A stretch of 64,000 bases of DNA from Octopus sinensis (taxonomy: Eukaryota), in contig NC_043007.1 in assembly GCF_006345805.1 (NCBI RefSeq), forward strand, positions 21,328,001 through 21,392,000. Direction: 5' to 3'. The first letter of the stretch is position 1. Every line of letters begins with the position of its first letter. The notes under the pieces are model-generated. The model ran no database searches. It was given only the letters and a program-made list of their open reading frames with translations, and was not told the origin of the DNA. Shown here piece after piece: positions 37,280 through 49,048 of the stretch. The position numbers were made by a program, and so were the translations under genes.

Positions 37280-38049
37280 CCCTTTTGATACCAACCCAAC
37301 TGAAATTGCTTCTGGCTCTGTAGTACAAATGTCTTGTTTTCATAAGTTTTGAATTAAAATCTTCCACCAAACCTTAGTCACAATTTATGTTCCTAACACT
37401 AGCTTAATGATAACTAAGTTATTTTACTAAATTCTTTGTTATATTTAAAGTAATTGAAAGAAACACAGAGCATCTCAAATGGCTGAAACCAGTTCTGGTT
37501 CTGTAGTACAAATGTCTTGTTTTCATAAGTTTTGAATTAAAATCTTCCACTAAACCTTAGTCACAATTTATGTTCCTAACACTAGCTGAATGATTACTAA
37601 GTTATTTTACTAAATTCTTTGTTATATTTAAAGTAATTCAAAGAAACACAGAGCATCTCAAATGGCTGAAACTGGCTCTGGGTTTGTAGTACAATTGTCT
37701 TGCTTTCATAAGTTTTGAATTAAAATCTTCCACCAAACCTTAATCACAATTTATGTTCCTAACACTAGCTGAATGATAACTATGTTATTTTACTAAATTC
37801 TTTGTTATATTTAAAGTAATTCAAAGAAACACAGAGCATCTCAAATGGCTGAAACCGGCTCTGGTTCTGTAGTATAAATGTCTTGTTTTCATAAGTTTTG
37901 AATTAAAATCTTCCACCAAACCTTAGTCACAGTTTATGTTCCCAACAGTAGCTGAATGATAACTAAGTTATTTTACAAAATTCTTTGTTATATTTAAAGT
38001 AATTCAAAGAAACACAGAGCATCTCAACAGAAATTCAGTAAGGAAAGGG
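37280..38049 (-). mobile_element. piggyBac-type MITE family I expanded to four 183-bp units
   Basis: TTAA at 37276-37279 and 38050-38053; CCCTTT/AAAGGG ends; TAGTA.AA marker at 37321, 37504, 37687, 37870. Confidence 0.92.
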
Positions 38050-38232
38050 TTAAATGTTTTTTCAGGCATGGCTATGTGATTAAGAAGCATGCTTTGCAAT
38101 CACATAGTTTTGGGTTCAATCCTATTGTACAGCACTTTGAGCAAGTGCCTTCTGTTATAGTCCCAAATTGATCAATGCTTTGTGAGAGAAAGTGGTGAAC
38201 AAAAAGCTGTGTGTCTCTTTCTCTCTCTCTCT

Positions 38233-38448
38233 CTTGTTGCTCACATGTGACCATCGTCCATCTTTCTTTTCCTCATGTGACTGTCTTTCTTTTCCTGCAA
38301 AGACATTTAAAAGACTGGACGTGTTTTTCTCTCTCTCTCTCTTGTTGCTCACATGTGACCATCGTCCATCTTTCTTTTCCTCATGTGACTGTCTTTCTTT
38401 TCCTGCAAAGACATTTAAAAGACTGGACGTGTTTTTCTCTCTCTCTCT
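38233..38448. repeat. exact 108-bp tandem duplication bounded by (CT)n
   Basis: CTTGTTGCTCACATGTGACC at 38233 and 38341. Confidence 0.9.
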
Positions 38449-38813
38449 TTTATCTTTTCTCTTTTCAAAATGAACGTTTCTCACAGCGTTCACTATTTTC
38501 CTCTCATTCTAGTCTAACGACCCTCCAGGTTTGTTTTCGTTCAGTTTCCTCGTATGTCTCCACTGTGGTTTTTTTGTTGTCAGCTTTGACCCTCCATAAA
38601 TCCTAAATTTTATTTTAGAATTTATGAGAGCAGCTGTCTTTGAAGACTTATATTGTCATTGGATGTTCAAAATGAGGAGTAGATAGACAGCCGACAACTG
38701 ATGAAGGATGCTTTCTCTGTGTTTACCTATCCTGTTCTCCAGTTTTTCTTGTTGTTTACATATTTAATGTTATTTGCACCATTGATGACACCCTGTACCC
38801 ATATATGCATGTG

Positions 38814-38857
<44 letters not shown>

Positions 38858-38859
<2 letters not shown>

Positions 38860-39148
38860 GTAAGGTATACTAGCCATCTCAATATGGCTAACCACTAAGG
38901 GTGGGTGTTACTGTAGCTTGTAGCCCCAGGAGATCATCGTCTCCAGCTGGCTTTAGGCACACTTTCTGTGCCCTTATGGTATTTGCAAAGGGATTGCAAA
39001 GGGAGGTCATCCTCCCTTTGCAAATACCATAAGGGCACAGAAAGTGTGCCTAAAGCCAGCTGGAGACGATGTTCTCCTGGGGCTACAAGCTACAGTAACA
39101 CCCACCCTTAGTGGTTAGCCATATTAAGATGGCAAGTATACCTCACAT
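38858..39148. repeat. 291-bp near-perfect palindrome
   Basis: 138-nt arms, 4 mismatches, 4-nt loop TCAT (39007-39010), 11-nt duplication TTGCAAAGGGA in the left arm. Confidence 0.95.
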
Positions 39149-39412
39149 TGTCGTGCAGTTACTGTTTATACCTCGTTCAGAGATTTATTATTGCTATATA
39201 TATATATATATATATATTATATATTATTTATTATTTAATTGAATACGATGCATCCATTTCCAAGTAAGTTTACATACATACATACAAATAAACAAAAATA
39301 CCCTGTTGTTGATGTTGAAATTCCAATAAAGGTGCCTTGGATCTAGGTTAGAAACCAGTTCTTTCTCTATTGGCAAGAAATCTTGAAATAAACTGAATAA
39401 TGACATACATAC

Positions 39413-39668
39413 ATGTGGAGGTGCATGGCTTAGTGGTTAGGGTGTTGGACTCATGACTGCAAGGTTGTGGTTTCAATCCTTGGACCAGGCGACACATTGT
39501 GTTCTTGAGCAAAAAACTTCATTTTACATTGCTCCAGTCCACAGCTGGCAAAAATGTGTCATTCCTGTGACAAACTGGCGTCCCATACAAGTGGGGGGGG
39601 GGGAAATACATACGCCCTGGAAACCAGGAAACTGGCCCTTATGAGTCAGCATGACTTCAGAAGGAAAC
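39413..39668 (+). mobile_element. SINE family F
   Basis: TGTGGAGGTGCATGGCTTAGTGG head; tail CTGGCGTCCC...GGAAAC.GGCCCTTATGAG shared with family E. Confidence 0.8.
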
Positions 39669-39754
39669 TACTACTGCTGCTGCTGCTGCTGCTACTACTA
39701 CTACTACTACTACTACAACCACTACTACTACTACAACAATACATACACACACAC

Positions 39755-39962
39755 ACATCATCATCATCATCGTTTAACATCTGTTTTCCGTGCTAGCACG
39801 GGTTGAACGGTTCGACCGGGGTCTGGGAAGCCAGGAGGCTGCACCAGACTCCAATCTGATCTGGCAGTGTTTCTACAGCTGGATGCCCTTCCTAATGCCA
39901 ACCACTCCGTGAGTGTAGTGGGTGCTTTTTACGTGCCACAGGCCACGATCGGTTGGTGCTTA

Positions 39963-39994
<32 letters not shown>

Positions 39995-40135
39995 CATATA
40001 TATCATCATCATCACTTAACCTCTGCTTTCCATGCTGGCATGGGTTGGATGGTTTGACAGGAGCTGATCAGACAGAAGCCTGCACCTGATTTCTGTGTCT
40101 GTTTTGGAAGGGATTTTATTGCTTGATGCTCTTCC
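39755..40135 (-). mobile_element. two family D 3' ends in tandem
   Basis: (CAT)n-TTTAAC..CTG.TTTCC.TGCT starts at about 39770 and 40015. Confidence 0.8.
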
Positions 40136-40295
40136 TAAAAAGCCAACCATCCCTCATAGCCAACAGGTGGCGTGACTGAAGGAGGACAACACAGTTAGAA
40201 ACTGATGACCAACACCAAAGGGAGATAATCCCCATTGTTCATATCTGCATCATTTCCCCCTCCATATTTTAAACAGGCCATAGGCCATCAGGTTT

Positions 40296-40355
40296 TAGGG
40301 TCTGAAGATATGCCATAAAGGTATCCTTTATGGCGAGAAACCCAGGGTAACCCTA
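40296..40355 (+). ncRNA. minimal type I hammerhead ribozyme, intact core
   Basis: TAGGGT-CTGAAGA-TATGCCATAAAGG(TAT)CCTTTATGGCGA-GAAA-CCC-A-GGG-TA-ACCCTA: 6-bp stem I, 10-bp perfect block in stem II, stem III ACCC/GGGT; predicted cut after 40349. Confidence 0.75.
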
Positions 40356-40975
40356 TAAACCAGTAATTAATATAGGCTGTCCTACTTCTTAGAATGTGCT
40401 TCTCAGGATTTATGTTTTTCTAAAAAATGGTATATATATATATATATATTATATATATATATATATAATAATTATTTGAGGGAATATTATTCCTAACTTA
40501 CAGGGAACAATTTAGAAATATTAAATAAAATGTCATAAAATATAATATATATATATAAAAATTAGAAAAAACCACATTTTATCAATTCAAAATAAACAAT
40601 TAAATTACACCATCTAGAAAATTACATATAATAGAAATATTAAAAATAAAATAACAATAATATACCAATGACTAAGTAAATTGCAAATTAATAATAAAAA
40701 CGTATATATTTGGTATATATATATGTAAAAGGTATTGGTATCTAGAAGACCCAAACAGTGGCAGGTAATGCTAAGCAAGTGCTAAGGACAGACCATAGTT
40801 AAATTCTTGGTTCGATCGTGATACCAGTGAGGAGTTTAATGTGGGTCATGTATTAGCCTGCGTATATATATTAGACAGGAACAGATAACAAAGCCAAGGC
40901 TGTGAGGAGTTTTCAAGGACATATATAAGGAGATATAGTCTTACAGTTACATATATCATCATCATCATCATCATC

Positions 40976-41012
<37 letters not shown>

Positions 41013-41229
41013 GCTGTAAGACTATATCTCTTTCCTTCAGTTTAAATGTCCTTCAGTTTTCAGGACATTTATAAGGAAAGAGATATAGTCTTACAGCTAT
41101 ATATATATATATATATCATCATCATCATGAGATATATATATATATATATATATATAGCTGTAACTATATCTCTTTCCTTATAAATGTCCTGAAAAAAGAA
41201 AGATATATATATATATATTGTAGCTGTGG

Positions 41230-41670
41230 TCAGTCAAGTAAAGCCAATATGGTAGCGGTGGCCAGTGCCCCCGGACTGGCTCCCGTGCTGGTGGCATGTA
41301 AAAATCACCATCCAAATGTGGTCGATGCCAGGTCCACCTGACTGGCTCTCATGCCAGTGGCACGTAAAAAGCACCGACTGATCATGGCTGATGCCAGTAC
41401 CCCGTGACTGGCTCTTGTGCTGGTGGCACATAAAAAGCACCATCTGAACCTGATCGATGCCAGGCCTGCCTGACTGGCTCCCGTGTCAGTGGCACGTAAA
41501 AAGCACCAGCTACTCTCTTGGAGTGGTTGGTGTTAGGAAGAGCATCCAGCTGTAGAAACATTGCCAGATCAAGATTGGAGCCTGGTGCAGCCACTGGCAC
41601 TCCAGACCTCAGTAAAACCATCCAACCCATGCCAGCATAGAAAACGGACATTAAACGATGATGATGATGG
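41230..41670 (+). mobile_element. family D preceded by four 66-bp tandem units
   Basis: ACTGGCTC at 41275, 41341, 41407, 41473; (GAT)n tail. Confidence 0.85.
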
Positions 41671-41706
41671 TATACACACGGTGTGCTTCAACACAGTTTT
41701 TATCTA

Positions 41707-42007
41707 TTGGGTTGGTGCGTAATCATTGCGGCTTTTTTCAACAAATTTTATTCAACAAAAACAATAACAACATGTAACAAAAACATCTTTGAATGATTAT
41801 TCCGGAGCATATTCACCATCTACTTCAATTACTGCTTCCCATTTGCTTAGCAGACGGTCAGACCGTCAATTAAAGATGTTTTTGTTAAATATTGTTATTG
41901 GTTTTTTTCTGTAGTCTCAGCTCATAACTGTGGCCATGCTGATGCACTGCCGTTCATTGAATAAAATTTGTTGAAAAAATGTCACAATAATTATGCACCC
42001 ACCCTAA
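41707..42007 (-). mobile_element. internally deleted mariner element
   Basis: TA target duplication; ~50-nt imperfect TIR TTGGGTTGGTGCGTAATCATTGCGGC... resembling Hsmar1-type TIRs; residual C-terminus LLSKWEAVIEVDGEYAPE* on the minus strand. Confidence 0.85.
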
Positions 42008-43258
42008 TAACAAATTCACTCATAGGGCATTGGGTAACCTGAAGCTATAACAAACTACAGTTGCCCAAGGAGCCATGCAGTGGAATTGAAACCAAAACCA
42101 TTTAGTTGCAAAAGCAAGCTTCTTAACCACACAGCTAAAGATGGAATCCAAATTACAGCAGCATTAGATATTTAAATTGTTTGATTTCTATCAGATGAAA
42201 TTGCTCCGAGCAAAAGAAGACGATTAAAATAATTTAGTATCACCATCAAAAAGAGTTTGCATATAAACAGCTAAACATCAGTTGTATTTTCTGAACATAC
42301 ATTTTCTCAGCATTGGCTAAAATAAAAAAATAATTTTTATAAATAAAAAGAAATTCTCATATAAAAATGCATATCAAATCATTACAAGATTGTTGTTTAA
42401 TTTCATGGAAGACAAGAGAATTGAATAGTTTTTGAATATTATCTAATTCATATTAACCATGTGAGTCTAGTTCTTACGGATAAATGAATTTGAACCAAGA
42501 AACGAAGATAAGCAATGCCTCGAGTCTAATATTTTCAAAGAAAACTTTTTAGCAGTTCAATAGATAAGATTGGGAAGTTAAAATAATTTGATGTTTATTT
42601 ACTGATATAAGAGTTTTCAGTTGATTATTTGAGATAATTTTAATTAAAAAAAAAAAAAACCCAGCTTGTTTATTGGATGGACTTTTAAAGCTAATCTCAA
42701 AATAGAGGTCATAGTCAAGAAAAGATGTCAGTTAAGTATGGGTGGTACAAGCCTGCTTAGAGGAGAGTGTGTGTCCGTAGTTATTTGACCTTTTAGAAAT
42801 AGGAGCACAACCGTCCTCAAATTACATCCCAGCATCTCGAAAAAGAGAAGTGCACGACTAGATAATGGATTCCTTGATACACATAAACAAAAACAAAGAG
42901 GAAAAGGAAAACGACCAGATGTGTTTAGTTGGGTTACCTTTTATCGTATATTTCTGCCTGATTAGGAACATTTGATTAGGGTCTGCTACAGAAGCTTAGC
43001 AAGGAGTGGGCGGGTGGGGGGAAGGGTTGATGTGTGTGTGTGTGTGGTGGGGTTTGGTCTGTCCCAGGCAATGCTTTATGGGGCAACACTTTTGGGTTTG
43101 GGTCTGCTGCTTAAACCTGTACAGGCTCTGTTTCCACCCCCCTCTACTAGTGGGGGTGGGGGTAGGGGTGAGGGATTATGGGGGAGATAGAGGGGCTCAG
43201 AAAAGTGAAGGGCTGCCCCAGGCAACACACATTCAAGCTCCACCACTATGGGGGCTAA

Positions 43259-43259
<1 letters not shown>

Positions 43260-43302
<43 letters not shown>

Positions 43303-43520
43303 AACTACTACTACTATTACTATAACAACTACTACTACTACTACTACTACTGCTACTACTACTACCATCACTGCTGCTGCTGCTACTACTACTTCTACTA
43401 CTACCATCACTGCTGCTACTACCACCACCACCATTACTACTACTACTACTACTACTACTACTAGCTACTAACTACTACTACTACTACTACTACTACTATC
43501 ACTGCTGCTTACTACTACTT

Positions 43521-43556
<36 letters not shown>

Positions 43557-44360
43557 TCACTGCTGCTTACTACTACTACTACTACTACTACTACTAATAC
43601 TACTACTACTACTACTACAGAAATAATAATGAGTGTGGCTAGTGACTGCATAAAAGCCAAGAAATAATTAATTAGGATGGAGCGTGTTTATAATGAAGGT
43701 GTAGTCATTTTTTAATGTTCTGTAATAATGGCTGGTGTCCAACATATGGAAAAGCATATGATGACGAGACTGAGGGGGGGGGGCAATGACTATGATGATG
43801 ATGATGACAAGGATGATGATAATGATGATAGTAATAATAATGATGATGATGATGATGATGATGATGATAATGATATGGATGAGGAGGAGGACCAGGATGA
43901 GGATGAGAAGGAGGAAGAGGAGAAGGTGATGGTGGTGGTGATAGTAGTAGTGGTGATGGTGATGATGATGATGATGGCAGCGACGATGAAAATGCAATAA
44001 CAATGAAAACGATATCATAATGGGGATGAAGGGGGGGGGGATAAGGAGGAGGACGGTGGTGGTTGAGGTGGTGGTGGTGGTGGTGGTGGTGATGATGATG
44101 GTAACAAGGGTGATTACAGTGATGACAATCATGATGATATAATGTAAATAATTAGAGTAATTAAGAATTGATAAAGTGGCTCAGTAAATCTTAAAAGAAA
44201 AACGAATAAATATATAAATAATAATAATAATAATAACAATAACAATAATAATACTGATGATGATAATGATGATGATGATGATGATGATGATGATGTGTCT
44301 TGGCAAGTGACTGTAACAAAGAATCAGATTAAATGTAATAATAATAATAATAATAATAAT
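43260..44360. repeat. (TAC)n, (GAT)n, (GGT)n, (TAA)n tracts
   Basis: Direct inspection. Confidence 0.9.
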
Positions 44361-44897
44361 AATTAGCAGTATATTTTTAATAAATTAGTGTAAACAATTA
44401 AAAAAATGATTATCATTATATCATTATATTAGTGTAAACATTGGAAATATTTTATCAAACACCAAAATCTAGAAATCCTTAACAAGTTTCATTAATTTTT
44501 CAATAATTGTGATATCAAAAAAAGAAAAGAGCATTTGAGAGAGAGAGAGAGAGAGGTGGGAGAGAGAATATAGAGAAAGAGAGAAAGGGAGGGGTGTTGG
44601 GTATAGGGAAGAGGGGAAGAGACAATTTATTGATTGTATTGGCAAAAGAGATTTATATGGAAAAAAAAGAAATATTACTGTGATATTGATGATGTAATAA
44701 AAAGAGGTTGCAGTAATTAACTAGATTAGTTATATACTATATACTATAACTAATTTGGCCATTGAGATATCATTGAGTACTTCATCATTAATTAATATAC
44801 CTAGAACAGGTAACTCCAGTGGAGTTCCATCTCATCCGTGTTGAGCTTCAGCCATCAAAATTCTTTCTTTTTCTCTCTCTCACTACACATATTACCT

Positions 44898-45494
44898 TTG
44901 TTTGTTCCTTCTCGAGCCATGCCTGGCTCATAAGGACCGGTTTCACGGTTTCCTTGGGCGTATAGGTTCCCCACCATGACGGGATGCTGGTCTGTCGCAG
45001 GTGAGCTGCAAGATGCAGGAGGAAAGAGTGAGAGAAAGTTGTGGCGAAAGAGTCAGCAGAAGTTCACCATTACCTTCTGCCAGAGCCACGTGAAGCTTAG
45101 GTGTTTTCACTCACAAACACACATATCGCCTGGTCTGAGATTCGAACCTACAATCCCTCAACCACGAGTCTGCTGCTCTAACCACTAGGCCATGTTGTTC
45201 CTTCTCAAGTCACGTCTGGCTCTTAAGGGCTAGTTTCCCGGTTTCCTTGGCGTATAGGTTCCCCACCTGGACGGGACGCCGGTCCGTCACAGGTGAGCTG
45301 CAAGATGCAGGAGGAATGAGTGAGAGAAAGTTGTGGCGAAAGAGTCAGCAGAAGTTCACCATTACCTTCTGCCGCAGCCATGTGGAGCTTAGGTGTTTCG
45401 CTCATAAACACATACATCGGCCGGTCTGAGATTCGAACTCGCGATCCCCCGATCGCGAGTCAGCTGCTCTACCCACTAGGCCATGTGCCTCCAC
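44898..45494 (-). mobile_element. head-to-tail dimer of SINE family E with a shared target duplication
   Basis: Monomers 45195-45494 and 44898-45194; A box TGGCCTAGTGG, B box G(A/G)TTCGAA(T/C)C; 13-bp TSD ACACATATTACCT at 44885-44897 and 45495-45507. Confidence 0.9.
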
Positions 45495-45585
45495 ACACAT
45501 ATTACCTATGTTTTGTGGAAGGAAAGTATAGTCAGTAAGGTTCTTGATATACAATTAAATGTATGAGTTATCAGCTGTCTTTGAA

Positions 45586-45766
45586 CAGGAGTGGCTGTGT
45601 GGTAAGTAGCTTGCTTATGAACCACATGGTTCCAGGTTCAGTCCCACAGTGTCGCACCTTGGGCAAGTGTCTTCTACTATAGCCTCGGGCCGACCAAAGC
45701 CGTGTGAGTGGATTTGGTAGACGGAAACTGAAAGAAGCCTGTCATATCTATCTATCTATCTATCTA

Positions 45767-45814
<48 letters not shown>

Positions 45815-46248
45815 CATACATATATATATCATCATCATCGTCATCATTTAACGTCTGCTTTCCATGCTGGCATGGGTTGGACAGTTTGACTGGAGACTGG
45901 CAAGCCAGCAGGCTGCATCATGCTCCAGTCTGATCTGACAGTGTTTCTACAGCTGGATGCCCTTCCTAACACCAACCACTCTGAGAGTGTAGTGGGGGAT
46001 TTTACGTGCCACTGGCACAGGAGCCAGTCAGGGCAGGGGTGGGCTGGCAATGACCCATGCATGAATGGTGCTTAATGTGTGCCACCAGCACGGCTGCCAG
46101 TCAGGCGGCACTGGCATCAGCCACAACTACAATTTCCATTTGATTGTGATTTAATTTGATTTGATTTGATATTGATTTGCATTTTGATTTATATATATAT
46201 ATATATGTATATATACATGTGTATGTGCGTGTGTGTGTGTCTGTGTGT

Positions 46249-46291
<43 letters not shown>

Positions 46292-46520
46292 TGTGTGTGT
46301 GTGTGTGTGTGTGTCTGTGTGTGTCTTTGTGTCTGTGTTTGTTTCCACATCACCACTTGACAACTTGTGCTGGTGTGTTTACGTCTCCGTAACTGAGCAG
46401 TTCAGCAAAAGAGAACGATAGAATAAGTACTAGGCTTAAAAAAAATAAGTCCTGGGGTCGATCATTTGGCTGAAAGCCTTGAAGGTGGTGCTCCAGCATG
46501 GTTGAAACAAGAAAAAGAGA
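45586..46520 (+). mobile_element. SINE family A with a family D element (45830-46140, minus strand) in its linker
   Basis: A head 45586-45745, A second module 46310-46520. Confidence 0.75.
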
Positions 46521-46639
46521 ATGGGTGTGTGTGTATCTCCTTGTCTTGACATAGTTGTAAAGGAGTGTCACTGTTATACAAGCAGTGCCATTCATTCCTT
46601 TTAAAGCATACAAGCATTGAAAAGTGGACATTAAAACGA

Positions 46640-46980
46640 TAATGATGATGATGATGATTATGACGATGATGACGACGATGATAATGGCAAGGATGATGAT
46701 GACAACGATGATAACGAAGTCAATGACATTGATAATGATGGCGATGATGATGACAACGATGATGATGCCGATGATGATAATGATGAAGATGACGACAATG
46801 ATGATGAATGTGATGATGACGACGATGATGATGACGATGATGATGATGATGTTGACAACGATGATCATGCTGATGATGATAATGATGAAGACAATGACAT
46901 TGACGACGACAACAATGATGATGATGATGATGATGATAATGATAGTAATGATGATGATGATGATGATGATGATGACGTCG
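46640..46980. repeat. (GAT/GAC)n tract
   Basis: Direct inspection. Confidence 0.95.
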
Positions 46981-47304
46981 CTGCCGCCAATGACGATGGT
47001 GCGATTATTAGAAGGAAAAAAGGTCAAGGAATCAATAACTGTAAGGAAACTGCGCAGAAGTCTCTGAAATCAAAGAAATCAATGACTATAAAACTGATCG
47101 CGACTTGCTGATATCAATGTAAGACCAATAGAAAATCACTCGACAGAACAGAGTAAGCTCCAGTAATGTTTAAAGACAGGGGCAGTGCAGGGGGCGAAGA
47201 AAATCTATATTTATAGCATTGGCAGTGTGAACAACATAACACTAAGGAAACTGCAGTGGAAGTTACAACTTATTTATAGAATAATGATGCACAGGTCCTC
47301 AAGG

Positions 47305-47712
47305 CGGGGAACTGGTGGAAATGTTAGCACGCAGGGTGAAATGCTTAGCAGTATTTCGTCTGTCTTTATGTTCTGAGTTCAAATTCTGCCAAGGTCAACT
47401 TGGCCTTTTATACTTTCAAGGGTTGATAAATTAAGTACCAGTTTCGCACTGGGGTCGATATAATCGACTTAATTCGTTTGTCTCTCCTTGTTTGTCCTCT
47501 CTGTGTTTAGCCCCTTGTGGGTAGTAAAAAAATAGGTATTTCGTCTGCCATTACGTTCTGAGTTCAAATTCTGCTGAGGTTGACTTTGCCTTTCATCCTT
47601 TTGGGGTTGATAAATTAAGTACCAGTTACGCACTGGGGTCAATGTCATTGACTTATCACCTCCCCCAAGATTTCAGGCCTTGTACTTTTAGTAGAAAGGA
47701 TTATTATTATTA

Positions 47713-47748
<36 letters not shown>

Positions 47749-48705
47749 TTTTACTCTTTTACTTTCAGTCATTTGACTGTGGCCATGCTGGAGCACCGCC
47801 TTTAGTTGATCGAGCAAATTGACCCCAGTACTTACTTCTGAAAAATTATATTCTACCAAGATGGCAAGCTGGACGAAATGCTTAGTGGTATTTCGTCTGT
47901 CTTTATGTTCTCAGTTCAAATTCCTCTGAGGTCAACTTTGTCTTTTATCCCTTCAGGGTCGATAAATTAAGTACCAGTTGCATACTGGGATCAATCTAAT
48001 CAACTGGCCCCTTCCCCCAAAATTTTAGGCTTTGTGCCTAGAGTAGAAAAGAATATTAATCTTATAAGGTGGCGAGCTGGCAGAGACTTTAGCATGCTGG
48101 GTAAAATGCTTAGCGGTATTTCGTCTGTCTTTACGTTCTGAGGTCAAATTCCGTCAAGGTTGACTTTGCCTTTCATCATTTTCAGGTTGATAAATTAAGT
48201 ACCAATTATGCACTGGGGTCGATGTAATTAACTTATCCCCTTCCCCAAAATTTCAGGCCTTATGCCTATAATAGAAAGGATTACTATTATTATTATTATT
48301 GATTGAGAGAGCATACCATCAAAGTGACACTGGGGTAAAATATACGAAGCCTAGTATACCCATCAGGACTACCCGTCTGATAAGGGTATACTAGGCACAT
48401 ATTATTATTATTTATCATTATTATTATTATTATTATTATTATTAATATTATTACTACTATTATTATTGTTTATTATCATTATTATTATTATTAAGGCAGG
48501 GAGCTGGCAGAAACGTTAGCTTGCTGGGGAAAATGCTTAGCAGTATTTCTTTATCTTCTGAGTTCAAATTCTGCTGAGGTAAATTTGCCTTTTATACTTT
48601 CAAGGGTTGATAAATTAAGTACCAGTTGCATACTGGGATCGATCTAATCAACTGACACCCTCCCACAAAATTTTGGGCCTTATGGCTAGAGTAGAAAAGA
48701 ATAAT
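47305..48705 (+). mobile_element. cluster of four same-orientation family B copies separated by (ATT)n
   Basis: Copies at about 47305-47700, 47860-48060, 48065-48285, 48495-48700. Confidence 0.85.
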
Positions 48706-49048
48706 GCACAGGTCCTGGCCAAGATATGAAAATCAGTTATGGACTTGGTGTGAGACTAAAACACAAAAAAAAAGCCAGTTTTGTTTAGATATGATAAAGT
48801 AAAAAAGGAGAAAAGGATAGATTATACATACCTGCATTTATATATATATATATGCATATATAGCATCATCATCATCATCATCATCATCGCCGTCGTTTAG
48901 TGTCTGCCTTGCATGCTTGGACAGTTTGACAGACAGACAGATGGAGGAAAAGAATTGCCAATGATACACATGCGGTCACATATTGAATGGTTACTTATTG
49001 ATATATATATATATATCTGTAAATGTAATATGTGACAATTATTCGGTA

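Noticed and set aside
37280-38049. Regularly spaced repeats resembling an array (also 41275-41500)
   Set aside because: Whole units repeat with no unique spacers; eukaryotic tandem repeats, not CRISPR.
38690-38715. CTGATGAAGG core half
   Set aside because: No matching GAAA/stem III arrangement on either side that I could pair.
39040-39110. Twister-like CTACAAGC loop and pistol-like GTGGTTAGCC in the large palindrome
   Set aside because: The required P2/P4 and pseudoknot pairings could not be formed.
47221-47242. TGGCAGTGTG resembling the miR-34 5' end
   Set aside because: Only the seed matches; no precursor hairpin.
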